Source: a virus (taxonomy: Duplodnaviria; Heunggongvirae; Uroviricota; Caudoviricetes). Taken from it: a stretch of DNA of 64,000 nt. Made by a program: the position numbers and the translations under genes. The notes under the pieces are model-generated. The model saw only the letters and a program-made list of their open reading frames with translations, was not told the DNA's origin and ran no database searches. Shown here one piece after another: positions 41,701 to 50,600 of this stretch (positions are counted from its first letter, which is position 1; every line of letters starts with the position of its first letter). The stretch lies in IMG/VR virus record IMGVR_UViG_3300013232_000486. One strand, given 5' to 3'.

Positions 41701-42820
41701 GTTCTTGCAGAACTCAGACTTCTTCATCATGGGCAGGAAGGACTTTGATAGCTTCAATTCAACGATCAACTACCAAGTTGAGTCCGAACAGAACAGTCCT
41801 GGCTACGCGGCAATGCTTTGCCATTGTGCCTTGGCATACGAGCAAGACCTGATCTTCATAGGAACAGACTCTGACTTGTATCTGCTGGACGGATTGCCAG
41901 GTGGCGTGGTCACGCCAGTATTGCTGCGAGTTGAGCCACCGGCTGGGTTCCTTGGGCCTATCAGGGACTTGCAATTGCTTGGAAACGACGTCTATGTGGT
42001 CGCCAAGAGCGGTATCTATAAACTGACCATAAACGCAAGAAGGGTTTCCACGTGGACAAAGAACCAAGGATTAGGACTTCCAGACGTTGTCTATAGCGTT
42101 GGGTCAGTAGACCAATATATTGTCGCCGCAACCAGCGACGGGATGTACTACACCTCGTCCGCCGCCGTACCAGCATACGAGGCTTGGTCAAGGGCTTCTC
42201 ATACCGACCTTCAAAAACGTGTCGAGCTTCAACTCCTTGGGCCAGCCTCGGCGCTCGGGTGTTCTAATGGGCAAGCCTATGCTGGCATAGGCAATGAAAT
42301 CTATCGTTCCAACGACGGGCTACTATGGGAGAGGATCTACCAATTCGGGATAGAAGTCGATTCCATCGCAGACCCAAACCTGATCACCGACGACGAGCGA
42401 GCCTTGGCCGCTGCAACCGTGATAAGCAAGGTTTTGATCTTTGAGAACAACGTATACGTGGCCACCAAGAATGGTTTGTACAATGATTTCGGTTCCGCAC
42501 GTTCACAACAAGTCAAGTTCACGCTCGAGAACATAAATGGAACCGCTAGCGCGAGCGCCATCAGGATCAATGACGTGTTTGGGTTCAAAAATGGAAGCCA
42601 GACCGCAGAACTCTTCGTCGTTTCGGAAACGTCCTACTTGTATAATTACAGGTCGAACACTGGGACAACCACGCCGCTGACGCCTAGCGACGTGACTGGC
42701 GGCGAAACGACCATGTGGTTCAAGGATTTGGTTCAGGGAGTTTCCGCTGTCGATAGGGTCATCGTGACGGGAAGTAGGGTACCTCTCTTGTTCGCTGGCA
42801 ACTCGATCTTGTTTGGATGA
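35762..42820 (+). CDS. 2352-aa tail-fibre/baseplate-like protein: FN3 array, Kelch and BNR repeats
   Basis: N-terminal GDGVLSGW..V.IT.G.G anchor-type domain; about five FN3 repeats (Y...AVD..GN.S); Kelch (GRILITGG..YD......W); S.D.G.TW repeats. Confidence 0.78.
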   Translation: MRRTLQYRLAFFQYGDTYSASQDARNMQTVENQLDDLAKIIGDGVLSGWNLSCIGSSPASVRITTGEGFVAGIYSKTLSQKTIVLPNDAEVKVYMQSNAYDPLLTAQGLQLETEGPAEPLEIDPLTNTWKSVTYANYDPPASPTGFKGQSAGFSVIQLFWNPNTEIDLDHYEIQRSIVSSSGPWVDIGSPVTNGSYPDLPYNDTGLSGSTSYWYQIRAVDTGGNASAWVAVTQIDGITAPPIITPVDTTTPGNPSNLKAYAGDGAVSLVFDPSISANVTGYLLSAQKVDLIGVPFDPPITYVESLSETWHLSGLSNFQRYRITAQARNSVGNLSSGISTDITPLSSSAPQEISGLTSTSQSGGVQLDWTASPSSSKAKYLITVYDGDSNRGSKPLDVGLVVQRLLTSYIPLTDVGVGSTTKFVVDKKYTFRIQTSDSQGNISTGIFVKGTIIDDVPPKDPNTLIGEAGDTQIASTWNRSPSEDVADYLFSYSINNKVTWSVDLSVGNVTSYLLTGLTNGIAVYIRVKAVDDAGNESSGLIAGPYTCVTDTIAPDPPTNIRAMVDDEKVTLSWDDSVASDFSFFEVMRTRIVSVSNPNPNSELRIDTSYDANHPLPVQVINVGAATSMVDLKLTNDKSYAYNVRATDTNGNIGEWSETHIGTPTSGINTSSTSIRRLKAPTLVDAVYDTMTQSIKVSWQYWFPSGSNDAFNETTYSDGVATYPSDGPTAFNIYRSATGASVGYELVASQNSSSWEYYDSSGLIDGNDYWYAVSAVREVCDVITETGSTQPADSILLGIVKVSGGVCQSITSSKRIAANLEGTLMEETINRLLVHRHSASPINSASIVASEQVPLIDVLDMKTTCFKTGTIGDDSFTCGTNLSPETSSYYVGLMTSGISVVKKTATANQKTGSLIKDSDGNLVSLPGKGTYTYDYYVNNYKFKEMSYGPRQAYVVDPRSATWNIPYVGDFQVTVNGLAPTVAFTIDRTMNMVVFYESLPSGSVVAMNGLGYNFYVPAKIDYDNRGVRVLVDGSEYRSAKVDYREQVIRFSPPISTASTVTLELEPGVADFGTQTNSRQVNLSPNSITTDVTNLDGKVIQALDGSFQLGDLVFPIDSDGNRISGYTVDYDKQQIILDEAVDPEAVLGIEIINKPEVQDNLKASNIQDGVDGSAFMTGKFLLPQLPNISHEGRMNEPCYPEFVSASTRNHYTYSLEQGLVGNGVTAYSVAFVNYKTLLGTSDGIKRTKYGSIFLGSSDEAVINPQQLASTITFGDDVVSAATTASERGGQLDGQVDIGLKVIDNPSMTFLDDGRILITGGKLGSLYSESTYVYDPTTKTATQVSSMSTARVGHALVRLFNGQVVAIGGQQAYLTCMASATFEALPSYPTDGIIGLYQLSSCELYDPMSDTWTSVATLPSPRSFMGAVVLDSDRILISAGYTYINPNGNVRSGYALQPPSFDSSGNLLTPEQYCDKDIEVVNLSTAYVYSYGSNTWTQTGSLIKSSGAISQCGYYNNQTPYTSFEASRELYSLSDGTWEDAKVLVPPTEVITGVEVAQPIKQFFVDSRGKLFAVGHSKVYVSYNDGETWAESSGLESIGCVHRIAEAGGIMYAATDLGVYVIPASLQDFNSWIQGGLIGAGTTEVFDLLPYSMHYPTGEGILAATEIGVFFSVDVAQTWTQITPNTVSDVRNVESVWTETLFITANDNELWRSDDRGYSWTRIGAYDFISDTSRMLSRGLSELYIGGPTGLYYSSDGTTFALSDFDFNRNSRKNAVQFLEMLGDDVCVGYEKLVYLIGADLTITKIYDAVGTIPTVRVNGADARNAYRYFIPSGEVTFEFKRFAKDTVTVASNYAVFMPEEGPWYSQNADAPIRVFVDGAETSTGNFLWDAWQGKVSFPSALDKFQVVTVSLANIYLNRAGSYFHTELENKMEQEKGLPLSLGRDFACNVLQLGLAMEHNFLERGLDRNQYYCLSTTMVDRSFNSFLQNSDFFIMGRKDFDSFNSTINYQVESEQNSPGYAAMLCHCALAYEQDLIFIGTDSDLYLLDGLPGGVVTPVLLRVEPPAGFLGPIRDLQLLGNDVYVVAKSGIYKLTINARRVSTWTKNQGLGLPDVVYSVGSVDQYIVAATSDGMYYTSSAAVPAYEAWSRASHTDLQKRVELQLLGPASALGCSNGQAYAGIGNEIYRSNDGLLWERIYQFGIEVDSIADPNLITDDERALAAATVISKVLIFENNVYVATKNGLYNDFGSARSQQVKFTLENINGTASASAIRINDVFGFKNGSQTAELFVVSETSYLYNYRSNTGTTTPLTPSDVTGGETTMWFKDLVQGVSAVDRVIVTGSRVPLLFAGNSILFG

Positions 42821-42824
42821 GGAA

Positions 42825-45800
42825 ATGGCATACACCAAGCTCTTCGACATAAGTACGAGAGAAACGATCTCTGGGACAAGGAGAGTTGCCCAGACCATTT
42901 CCGTTCCTACGGGAAGGCTTGACAAGGTTTCCTTGTTCTTGCAAGGCATCGTTGGAGAGTCGCTTACTGGAAACGAAACGACGGTACAAGTGGCCGTATA
43001 TGCCGTTGATTCTCAATACATACCAACTGGCGCGGCGTTGGTCGTTGACTCAAAGATGATCTCCGAGTTGACGACGCCCTCCTTCTACAACTTCGCCTTG
43101 AGCGCCGACGTGCCAATCACCGCTGCTGTTATCGTAAGTCTGGAGGGAGACGCTGGAAACTACGTCACGTGGTCATATGTCAATTATGACCGTGGCGGAG
43201 AACCCATGGCGGTTGATGACGGCGCTGGATGGCAGCAAGACTTCTACCGAAAGATGTCGTACGCCGCATATAGTGTGGTCGTGGGAGCCGTTACACTTGA
43301 TGACGAAAGGCCATATACGACCCCAGACTTTGACTCGTCAGACGCACGACCAGATATAGAGCCAGACATAATCCAGTCCGCCGAGATCCAGGCTGGAACC
43401 GCTTCTGTTTTGGCTGCAAACAGCAGGGAAGACTTCGAGGCGATGAACTTATGGCAAGGGCTGATTATAGGTGATACCGTAGCCATAAATGTAGGTACGT
43501 ATGTGATCACCCTTGTCGTCGACCATTCTGGGTCAATGACCTGGAACGATAACAACAACACGAGGATAGATTTCCTCAAGAGTTTTATAGACGACATTGA
43601 TACCAGCTTGCAGAATGCGGCAACGCCATCAAGGTACTACTTGTCACTCGGAGCCAGGACGAAAAACGGTACATGGGGATCGGTAAACCCGTGGACTGAG
43701 GGATTCGTCGAAGTACTGGCTGGCGAGGAATATGACACCACGATACTTATTGATGGCCAACAGGCCTCGTTGCTCGTGCAACAAGGCATGACGACCATTG
43801 GCTCTTTCACAACCACTCTCCCGGAAGCGCTCGCTAATTTCGGCCCTCTCAACCAGGCTATCATAGGAAGGTCGTCTGGGCAGACCGCCGATAGTTCATT
43901 CATAACGACCACGATCAAGGACATGCAAGTCACCACCCCGCCAGGAGTCGCGACGATATTTAGCGACTCCTTGACGTCTGATTTGGGATGGAACTTTTCT
44001 GATTCGGCAGAGGCAACTTTTTCTGCTCTTGGGCTTGACTTGACCGCATCAAGCGGAACAGATCAAGTCGGTTCTAGAGGAATGACGAGTTCCGTAGGGT
44101 CCTCGTTCACCATAAAGAGCACGATCAAGATAGATGCCGCGTCTGGGTTCTATGACTTGACTGCTGGAATCACGGCTGGGCGCGGTACGGGATACAACCA
44201 GAACCCCGCTGGAATATGGCTCGTGGCTGGGTTCGAGCGTGAGATCACTCCGCAAGTATCCTTTGAGATATTAAAGTTCAATGGAAGAAAGATCGCCAAG
44301 ATGAGGCTCCTTCTCAATGAGGAGTCGCAGAATGGGACGATGCTTCAGAACGTCGTCCTCTCAAGAAACGGCGTGGTGATCTACGAGGGGCTTAATGAGA
44401 AGCTCATAGATCGTGGGAGCAACGGGGTACCACTCACGGAAGGAACGATTTACACCTACACGATTTATTCCGTGGATAGCGCTGGGAATCAATCCGCCAT
44501 AAAGACCGTCACCGCCGCGCCAATGTCCGCCCCAAGATTTCCAATGGGATTGGCTGGTTTCAAGGCAGTCGAAGAAGTGGTTCTCGGGACGACCGATGAC
44601 GACGTCGGAAAGAGGCGAGTGAAACTATCATGGGTTCACGCCGCAAGTACCAGCTCAAGCCTGTCCTATAACAAAATCTACATCTTGAGGAGAGAGGACA
44701 GGCCTCCTGAATCCGTATTGGATGGAACTCTCGTTCTGTCCGCCGAGAGCACCGATCCTCTCTACAATTCTCCGTACTACGACTTTGACGTAGCTGGATA
44801 TGACAAGTCCACGTACCCTTGCGCAGGGCTTACATATTACTACGCGGCATTCACCGAGAACACGAGCGGAGCCAAATGCAAATTTGACAATGCAAGACAA
44901 GCCTCCGTAGAAATCTCTTCAAGTTCAAAGTCATGGGAACTTCTCGACCCAATCGTCATACCGCCAGATTATGATCCAACTCCTCCTGGAATCCCCTTAA
45001 GCGTAGTTGCCTTGCCTGGTCCAAGCGAAATCAAGCTTAACTGGGCGGCTGGGACGGGAGCCAAAAGATACGAGGTATACTACGGAGAAACCGAGTATCC
45101 AAGTCCTGGGATAGATCCAGACACGGGACTTCGAATTTATACGGCCCCGACGATCCAAAGCGCAACCCCAACAACGCTGACTCCGATATACAGCGGAAGC
45201 GACTTGTCGTTCGTCCATAGGGGACTTGAGAACTACGAGCCACACTACTATGTCATCGTTTCGTATGACGCGGTTGAAATACCATCCGCAGGAGTACAGA
45301 CCTTCGCAAGGCCAGATGACACGGTAACGTATTCCATACCGCCACTCGCCCCAGAGGAGTTCTCCGCCGATCCGTATAACGCCGAGGCAATAGTCGTTAC
45401 GTGGAAGCTCTCATTGCCAGACGCGACTAACGTTACCGCATACCATGGCGAAGCCGTAAACGTAGTCGCCGTTGTTACCTTTGACGATGACGAAGACGCT
45501 CCATTCACCTCTGATCTCAGTCTGGACGAGACCAGCAGAAGCGCCGAAGGATATTCTTTGACTGAAATGCCAAGAGACGTCATTATAGACACCTTTGGTC
45601 TTGGTACTTATAGCGACTTGGTTACTTCCATTCAGACTGCCCAAAGCGAGGCGCAAGCGGCTGCGGAGACAGCCCAAGCAGCGGCAGAAAACCCTGACCA
45701 GAACGCGCTGGCTAAGGAATCCGAAACTGTCGATACATCTGGTCCAACGGTACAAACTCAGACCGCTGTGGATCCAACCACGCTTCCAGCCATCTCCGTG

Positions 45801-47612
45801 GACAAGCTGACGCAGCAAGCCATAATCAACCCGATTTCAGCGATTAACTTCGGTAGGGGCAAGTCATACGAGCCGAACATAACCACTGGAACAATAAAGA
45901 TCGCCCCGAGTAGCTCGATTCAGAACTTCACGAAGTCGGCGCAATGTTCGTTTGAGACAAGCCTTTCCGTCACCGATAGGGACACTGGGATTATTCTCGC
46001 AAAGGTATACGGCGGGAACGGCAAGGTAACTTTCAATAACCCATTTGATTTGTCCATAAAAGACGATCCTCCACAGAAAATCAATCGTAGGACCGCATGG
46101 AGACAAAGCTGTTGTTGCCCCGCTGGAGAGAATTGTTTCCAAGCAACCGGAGACCCAGTTGAGTGTTCGGGCGGAGCAACCACAAGCAATGGACTTGGAT
46201 GGATCTGCGAAGAAGTTCCAGGAGTATACACGATATTGGGTGGTACTTTTACATTCACTGTCGAAGCCACCTGGAAAAACCTTCCCATAACCGATCCAGT
46301 TAATTTGGAGATTCGCATACTTGACGCGGCAACTGGAATCCAGTCTGCCGTGACCACTCTGCCTGGGGCGTCTGCGGACGGAGTTCTATATACCGCAACT
46401 TCATTCCAGGCTGAGGAAATAACGGACAGGGCTGGAAACCCGTCTGGATACACGACAAACTTCAACAAGACCTCCGTAACGTTGCCTTCCCAGAATGTTC
46501 CAGGTGACTACATCATAGAGGTGACGGCCAGGTATAACGGGTATTCTCGTACCTCTTCGCTTCCAGTGCATTACGAGCATCCGCTCAACATAGACATTAT
46601 CAGCAAAGAGTTCGTTCCTAATGGAATCGACATAGCGGAACAACAAGCGCGGGTCTACATTGGAGATCCGAAGTGGGACGCCTCAAAGAAGGTTCCAGTC
46701 CCAGATGGAACCGTGGTCAAGTGGACGCTGATTCCGGGAGGAAACTTCAAGAAGACCAGGCCGTTCTACTCGACCGAAAGTCTTGGCGGAACTGGCATCA
46801 AGTCCGTGACCAACGGCGGCATCGCGAAGAACGTGTTCTTCGGGCCTGGAGTAGACATTGAGGAATTTAAGTGTCTCACCACAGAGCCATGCCATGACTA
46901 TGAGTGGTACGTGGTGAGGGCCGACGTCTCTGCCTACGGACAGACCAAGACTGGCTACAACGTCATCTATCTGAATCCAACTCAAGGATCAGAAAGAGAC
47001 ATGAATCGAATATTCATGCGTCCATTGTATGGGTTCTCGACGGACACAATACCGTGTGACGGAGAGACTGTTAGCACGTGGGAAGTCCTTGGAGTCGCAA
47101 GAGAAGACGGCGACGTGACGGACATGGAATCGGGAGCCTATTTCCATGATCGCGTAACTTCCATGGGCGGCCTAGTTCCCGACCTTCCAGACGGTACGGT
47201 CGTGACGGTGTACGCTAATGCATATCAGTCCTCGTCCTCGGCGTCCGCAAGGGACAGGCTGAGGAATGCTGGTATCCCAGAGATAAAGACTGACTTGACC
47301 AATAGTCAGTTCGTGAAAGCCAACTATGCAAAGGCCACGATAATCGACGGAAAAGCCACTTTCCAAGTAAGACTGAATGCTCTGGCGAATGGGAAACCGA
47401 TCGAACAGCCAGAAGAGTTGCCAACGAACATGGTGTATGGACAACAGTTGCCATTCAACTCCTCGCCGATCGTCTTCTACATGACGTCAGTCGCGAACTT
47501 GACCGTGAGAGGCAAAACGCTGACTTTCTGGGGTGGTGGAAAAGACTTGTCATATAGCGCTCCGCCATGCTGGTTGTCATTCACGGAGCCCTTGGGGACG
47601 AGGCAAATATAA
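42825..47612 (+). CDS. ~1595-aa virion protein: N-terminal half of vWA, FN3 domains, Cys-rich insert
   Basis: VVDHSGSM MIDAS start; FN3 modules (YTIYSVDSAGN, YYYAAFT, HYYVIVSYD); start MAYTKLF. Confidence 0.75.
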   Translation: MAYTKLFDISTRETISGTRRVAQTISVPTGRLDKVSLFLQGIVGESLTGNETTVQVAVYAVDSQYIPTGAALVVDSKMISELTTPSFYNFALSADVPITAAVIVSLEGDAGNYVTWSYVNYDRGGEPMAVDDGAGWQQDFYRKMSYAAYSVVVGAVTLDDERPYTTPDFDSSDARPDIEPDIIQSAEIQAGTASVLAANSREDFEAMNLWQGLIIGDTVAINVGTYVITLVVDHSGSMTWNDNNNTRIDFLKSFIDDIDTSLQNAATPSRYYLSLGARTKNGTWGSVNPWTEGFVEVLAGEEYDTTILIDGQQASLLVQQGMTTIGSFTTTLPEALANFGPLNQAIIGRSSGQTADSSFITTTIKDMQVTTPPGVATIFSDSLTSDLGWNFSDSAEATFSALGLDLTASSGTDQVGSRGMTSSVGSSFTIKSTIKIDAASGFYDLTAGITAGRGTGYNQNPAGIWLVAGFEREITPQVSFEILKFNGRKIAKMRLLLNEESQNGTMLQNVVLSRNGVVIYEGLNEKLIDRGSNGVPLTEGTIYTYTIYSVDSAGNQSAIKTVTAAPMSAPRFPMGLAGFKAVEEVVLGTTDDDVGKRRVKLSWVHAASTSSSLSYNKIYILRREDRPPESVLDGTLVLSAESTDPLYNSPYYDFDVAGYDKSTYPCAGLTYYYAAFTENTSGAKCKFDNARQASVEISSSSKSWELLDPIVIPPDYDPTPPGIPLSVVALPGPSEIKLNWAAGTGAKRYEVYYGETEYPSPGIDPDTGLRIYTAPTIQSATPTTLTPIYSGSDLSFVHRGLENYEPHYYVIVSYDAVEIPSAGVQTFARPDDTVTYSIPPLAPEEFSADPYNAEAIVVTWKLSLPDATNVTAYHGEAVNVVAVVTFDDDEDAPFTSDLSLDETSRSAEGYSLTEMPRDVIIDTFGLGTYSDLVTSIQTAQSEAQAAAETAQAAAENPDQNALAKESETVDTSGPTVQTQTAVDPTTLPAISVDKLTQQAIINPISAINFGRGKSYEPNITTGTIKIAPSSSIQNFTKSAQCSFETSLSVTDRDTGIILAKVYGGNGKVTFNNPFDLSIKDDPPQKINRRTAWRQSCCCPAGENCFQATGDPVECSGGATTSNGLGWICEEVPGVYTILGGTFTFTVEATWKNLPITDPVNLEIRILDAATGIQSAVTTLPGASADGVLYTATSFQAEEITDRAGNPSGYTTNFNKTSVTLPSQNVPGDYIIEVTARYNGYSRTSSLPVHYEHPLNIDIISKEFVPNGIDIAEQQARVYIGDPKWDASKKVPVPDGTVVKWTLIPGGNFKKTRPFYSTESLGGTGIKSVTNGGIAKNVFFGPGVDIEEFKCLTTEPCHDYEWYVVRADVSAYGQTKTGYNVIYLNPTQGSERDMNRIFMRPLYGFSTDTIPCDGETVSTWEVLGVAREDGDVTDMESGAYFHDRVTSMGGLVPDLPDGTVVTVYANAYQSSSSASARDRLRNAGIPEIKTDLTNSQFVKANYAKATIIDGKATFQVRLNALANGKPIEQPEELPTNMVYGQQLPFNSSPIVFYMTSVANLTVRGKTLTFWGGGKDLSYSAPPCWLSFTEPLGTRQI

Positions 47613-50600
47613 TGCTCTGGGCTCAAATCGGCGACATGCGCGTGAAGGAATGCCCCAGCGATGGCAAGACCTCGCTTAGCTTCTATTCTGCATTCTCTTG
47701 GAACGGAGAAATCCTTGATCCAGAGAGGTCAGATACTGGTCCATATGTCATACATTTCCTCGCTGGCGCTCTGAACGTACCGAATACCGAGAACTCCGTC
47801 CCTCCGACCTCACTTGACGAGTTGCTGAACTATTTCTCGCCAATTAATGGCGTTGAGTTTGAGAATGAAAGCGCAGTTCCTGAATACCAAGCCGTGGTCA
47901 ACGACAAAAACGAGCTGGTCACTCTCCCAGTAGCCATGGCAAGGCTCAAGCCAATCTCCAGGACAGACTTGGACAAGATGGACATAATCGCGTACACGGA
48001 CTACGACAAGCTGGGAGAGATCAAGAGGTTCTCGTTCGAGACCGTAAGCTTCACGTTCAACACAAAGTCTGGTGATAACAACACATTCTTGAACAAGGCG
48101 GAGAGGCTCAATTCATCAACCAACACATGGGAAGAGATCGGATCGATGGCGTACCAAAGGGTCTCCCCGTTCTCGGCCTCTGCGAATGGCAAAGTTTACG
48201 TGTTTGGCGGATACGATGGAAACAGCTACGTTCAGGAATACGAGTCCTATGATGACGCCAATGGATGGCAAACCGTTGGCAGAGCTTCAGCGGCCCACGG
48301 GTTCGGGATGACCGTTTCCTACGGTGGGATGATCTACCTGATCGGCGGGATGAACTTCTCCGGCGTCTCAAACGCCATGACACAATATGACCCAATTGGA
48401 AACGCGTTCACGTCGTTCCCAACGATGCCACAAGGCGTCGCTATGGGCGCGGCGGTCATGAATGGATCAGACCTATACGTGCTGTTCGGAGCGTCATCAG
48501 CTAGCATAGAATCCAGTGGGGACTCTGTATCCGCGTTCAACTACGGCATTTTCAAGTACGACTTATCTTTGGGAGCTGGCGGATCATGGAGCATTGAAAA
48601 GCTCAATGTAGTAGGCCAGACCGTAACGTTGTCCGTAGACATGGACGTTGGAGTCACGGCTGTAGCAACAACGACCTCTCCGACTGCTCCAAATGGAATC
48701 GCCATAATCAATGAGGGACAGCCAACCGAAGAGGTCGTTTGCTTTAATGGAAACAAGGGGACTGGGCCGTTCCAGCTATCCAAGGCCACGTCCTACGCAC
48801 ATGTTATCGGTGAGACGTTCAAAATCATAAACTTGACAGAGAACAGGCTTAGTCCGAATGCCTCGTATGCTGGATCCGTGATCAGGGTGTTTGATGGCAT
48901 CTCATTCTATGGCTATACGTCTAAGGCCCAGTTCATATACAAGGGCGTTAGCGCGGACTATGACCCAGTAGCCAAGACTTATACCGCCAAAACCAGCAAA
49001 CCAAACGTTTCAAGGGCAAAGGCCCAATTTGAAAGCGCTGGTGGAACATGGTACTTGCTGGGAGGAAGCGCAGAGAAGTCGCAGTGGCTTGACGACACGG
49101 AATCCTATGACTTGCTTGGCGACTCGTTTACGTATCTTGGTCGAACGGCCAACATGACGTATCCAAGGTATAGCTTCGGATCAGCCGTCCTAAATGATTA
49201 CATCTATGCCCTTGGTGGAATCGGAAGCGGACACGAGCCTGGCTGGTTGAAAATCTCCATAAAGGCAAACCCAACGTCTGTCAAGGCTGATGGCGTTCAA
49301 ACCGCGAGCATAACGGTCGAGGCAACCGATGTCAGCGGAGATCCGCCGCCAGACGGAACGCAGTTCCTGACGAAGGGGCTTATCTCGTTTCCGATGACGG
49401 ACAAACAAAGGGATAGTTACAAGACAAAAATCGACGAGCTAAAACAATCCCTTGGGGAAGCCACGGCGACAACCTCCACGACCACCACAACAACAGCCAG
49501 CAAGGCTCCGACTGCCCCTCAATGGATTTCAATTCTCCCCGTATTGTTCTCGTCGAAGAGCTTTGAAATGACAAACGGGATAGCTGGGACTACGGTTCTA
49601 GCCAGGTCGGAAGACCCGATCAAGGAAGTCGATTCGTTATTTAGCTTCTTGGTCGGTGGAGAAGTCGCCCAAGACCAGCAGAAGTTCAAGGAACTTGCCT
49701 CGTCTCAACTAGACCAATTGAGGCAAAGCAAGGTCGGCGACAAGCGAGATCTGTATACCGCCGCCATAGAAGTATCTTGCGTAGACGACTTCTATTATGG
49801 AACCACAAACACAGACTTGGCGTTGTACGCTGCATCAGCCCTACAAGAGACCACCGCTGATGGGGTTCCGTCTTCAAAGGCCATTGGAGCACAACAAGCG
49901 GTCGCCGACGCAGAACAAGGACTTGGAGAAGCTGGATTCTCCATCGTCGGTTCGCCAGCAGCCCAAGGCTTATCCGCGAGTGTTTCTTTCTATAGCGACA
50001 TCTCTTCCATTCCTAACGTACAGAGAATAACCTCAGAGCCAGTAACCCCTACGGTGGCCAAGGCAGACTTGACGACGCTGCTAGATGAAATCCCATTCGG
50101 AGCAAGCCCGCATTATGACGCCCTCGTGAAAGCCGCTGGAGTAAGAGCTTCGGACAGCCAAGCGAGCAGCGTCAGAAACATGATCCTCAGCGTAAGCGAC
50201 AATGAGGAGAGTTTGTCGGCATCCTCCGCAGACGACGTTGTGAACGCGGCGAATGCTGTGGCTGGCGACGGTCAATGCCCAGTATTCGTGACCAACTTTG
50301 TGGTCACGGATCCAATCAGCCTGTCGGCTCGCAGAGCAAGGACCGACGTGGCAGATCTGGAATTGATATCGGAAGGGACTGGAGGAAACTCATTCTCCGT
50401 CGTCGATCCAAGCTATATCGACTTCGTAATCTCAAGGATCAAGACGGCGGCTCCATCCAGCTTGTCGGCATGTACGCTCATAGGCGACTATGAGCTGGAA
50501 GGTCCGCTGAACTCAATTTCGTTCTCGCTTGTCGGATCACTGACTGGATCAGAGGCATCGATGGAGTTGTTCTCCAGTGACGACGGATACAACTTTGATC

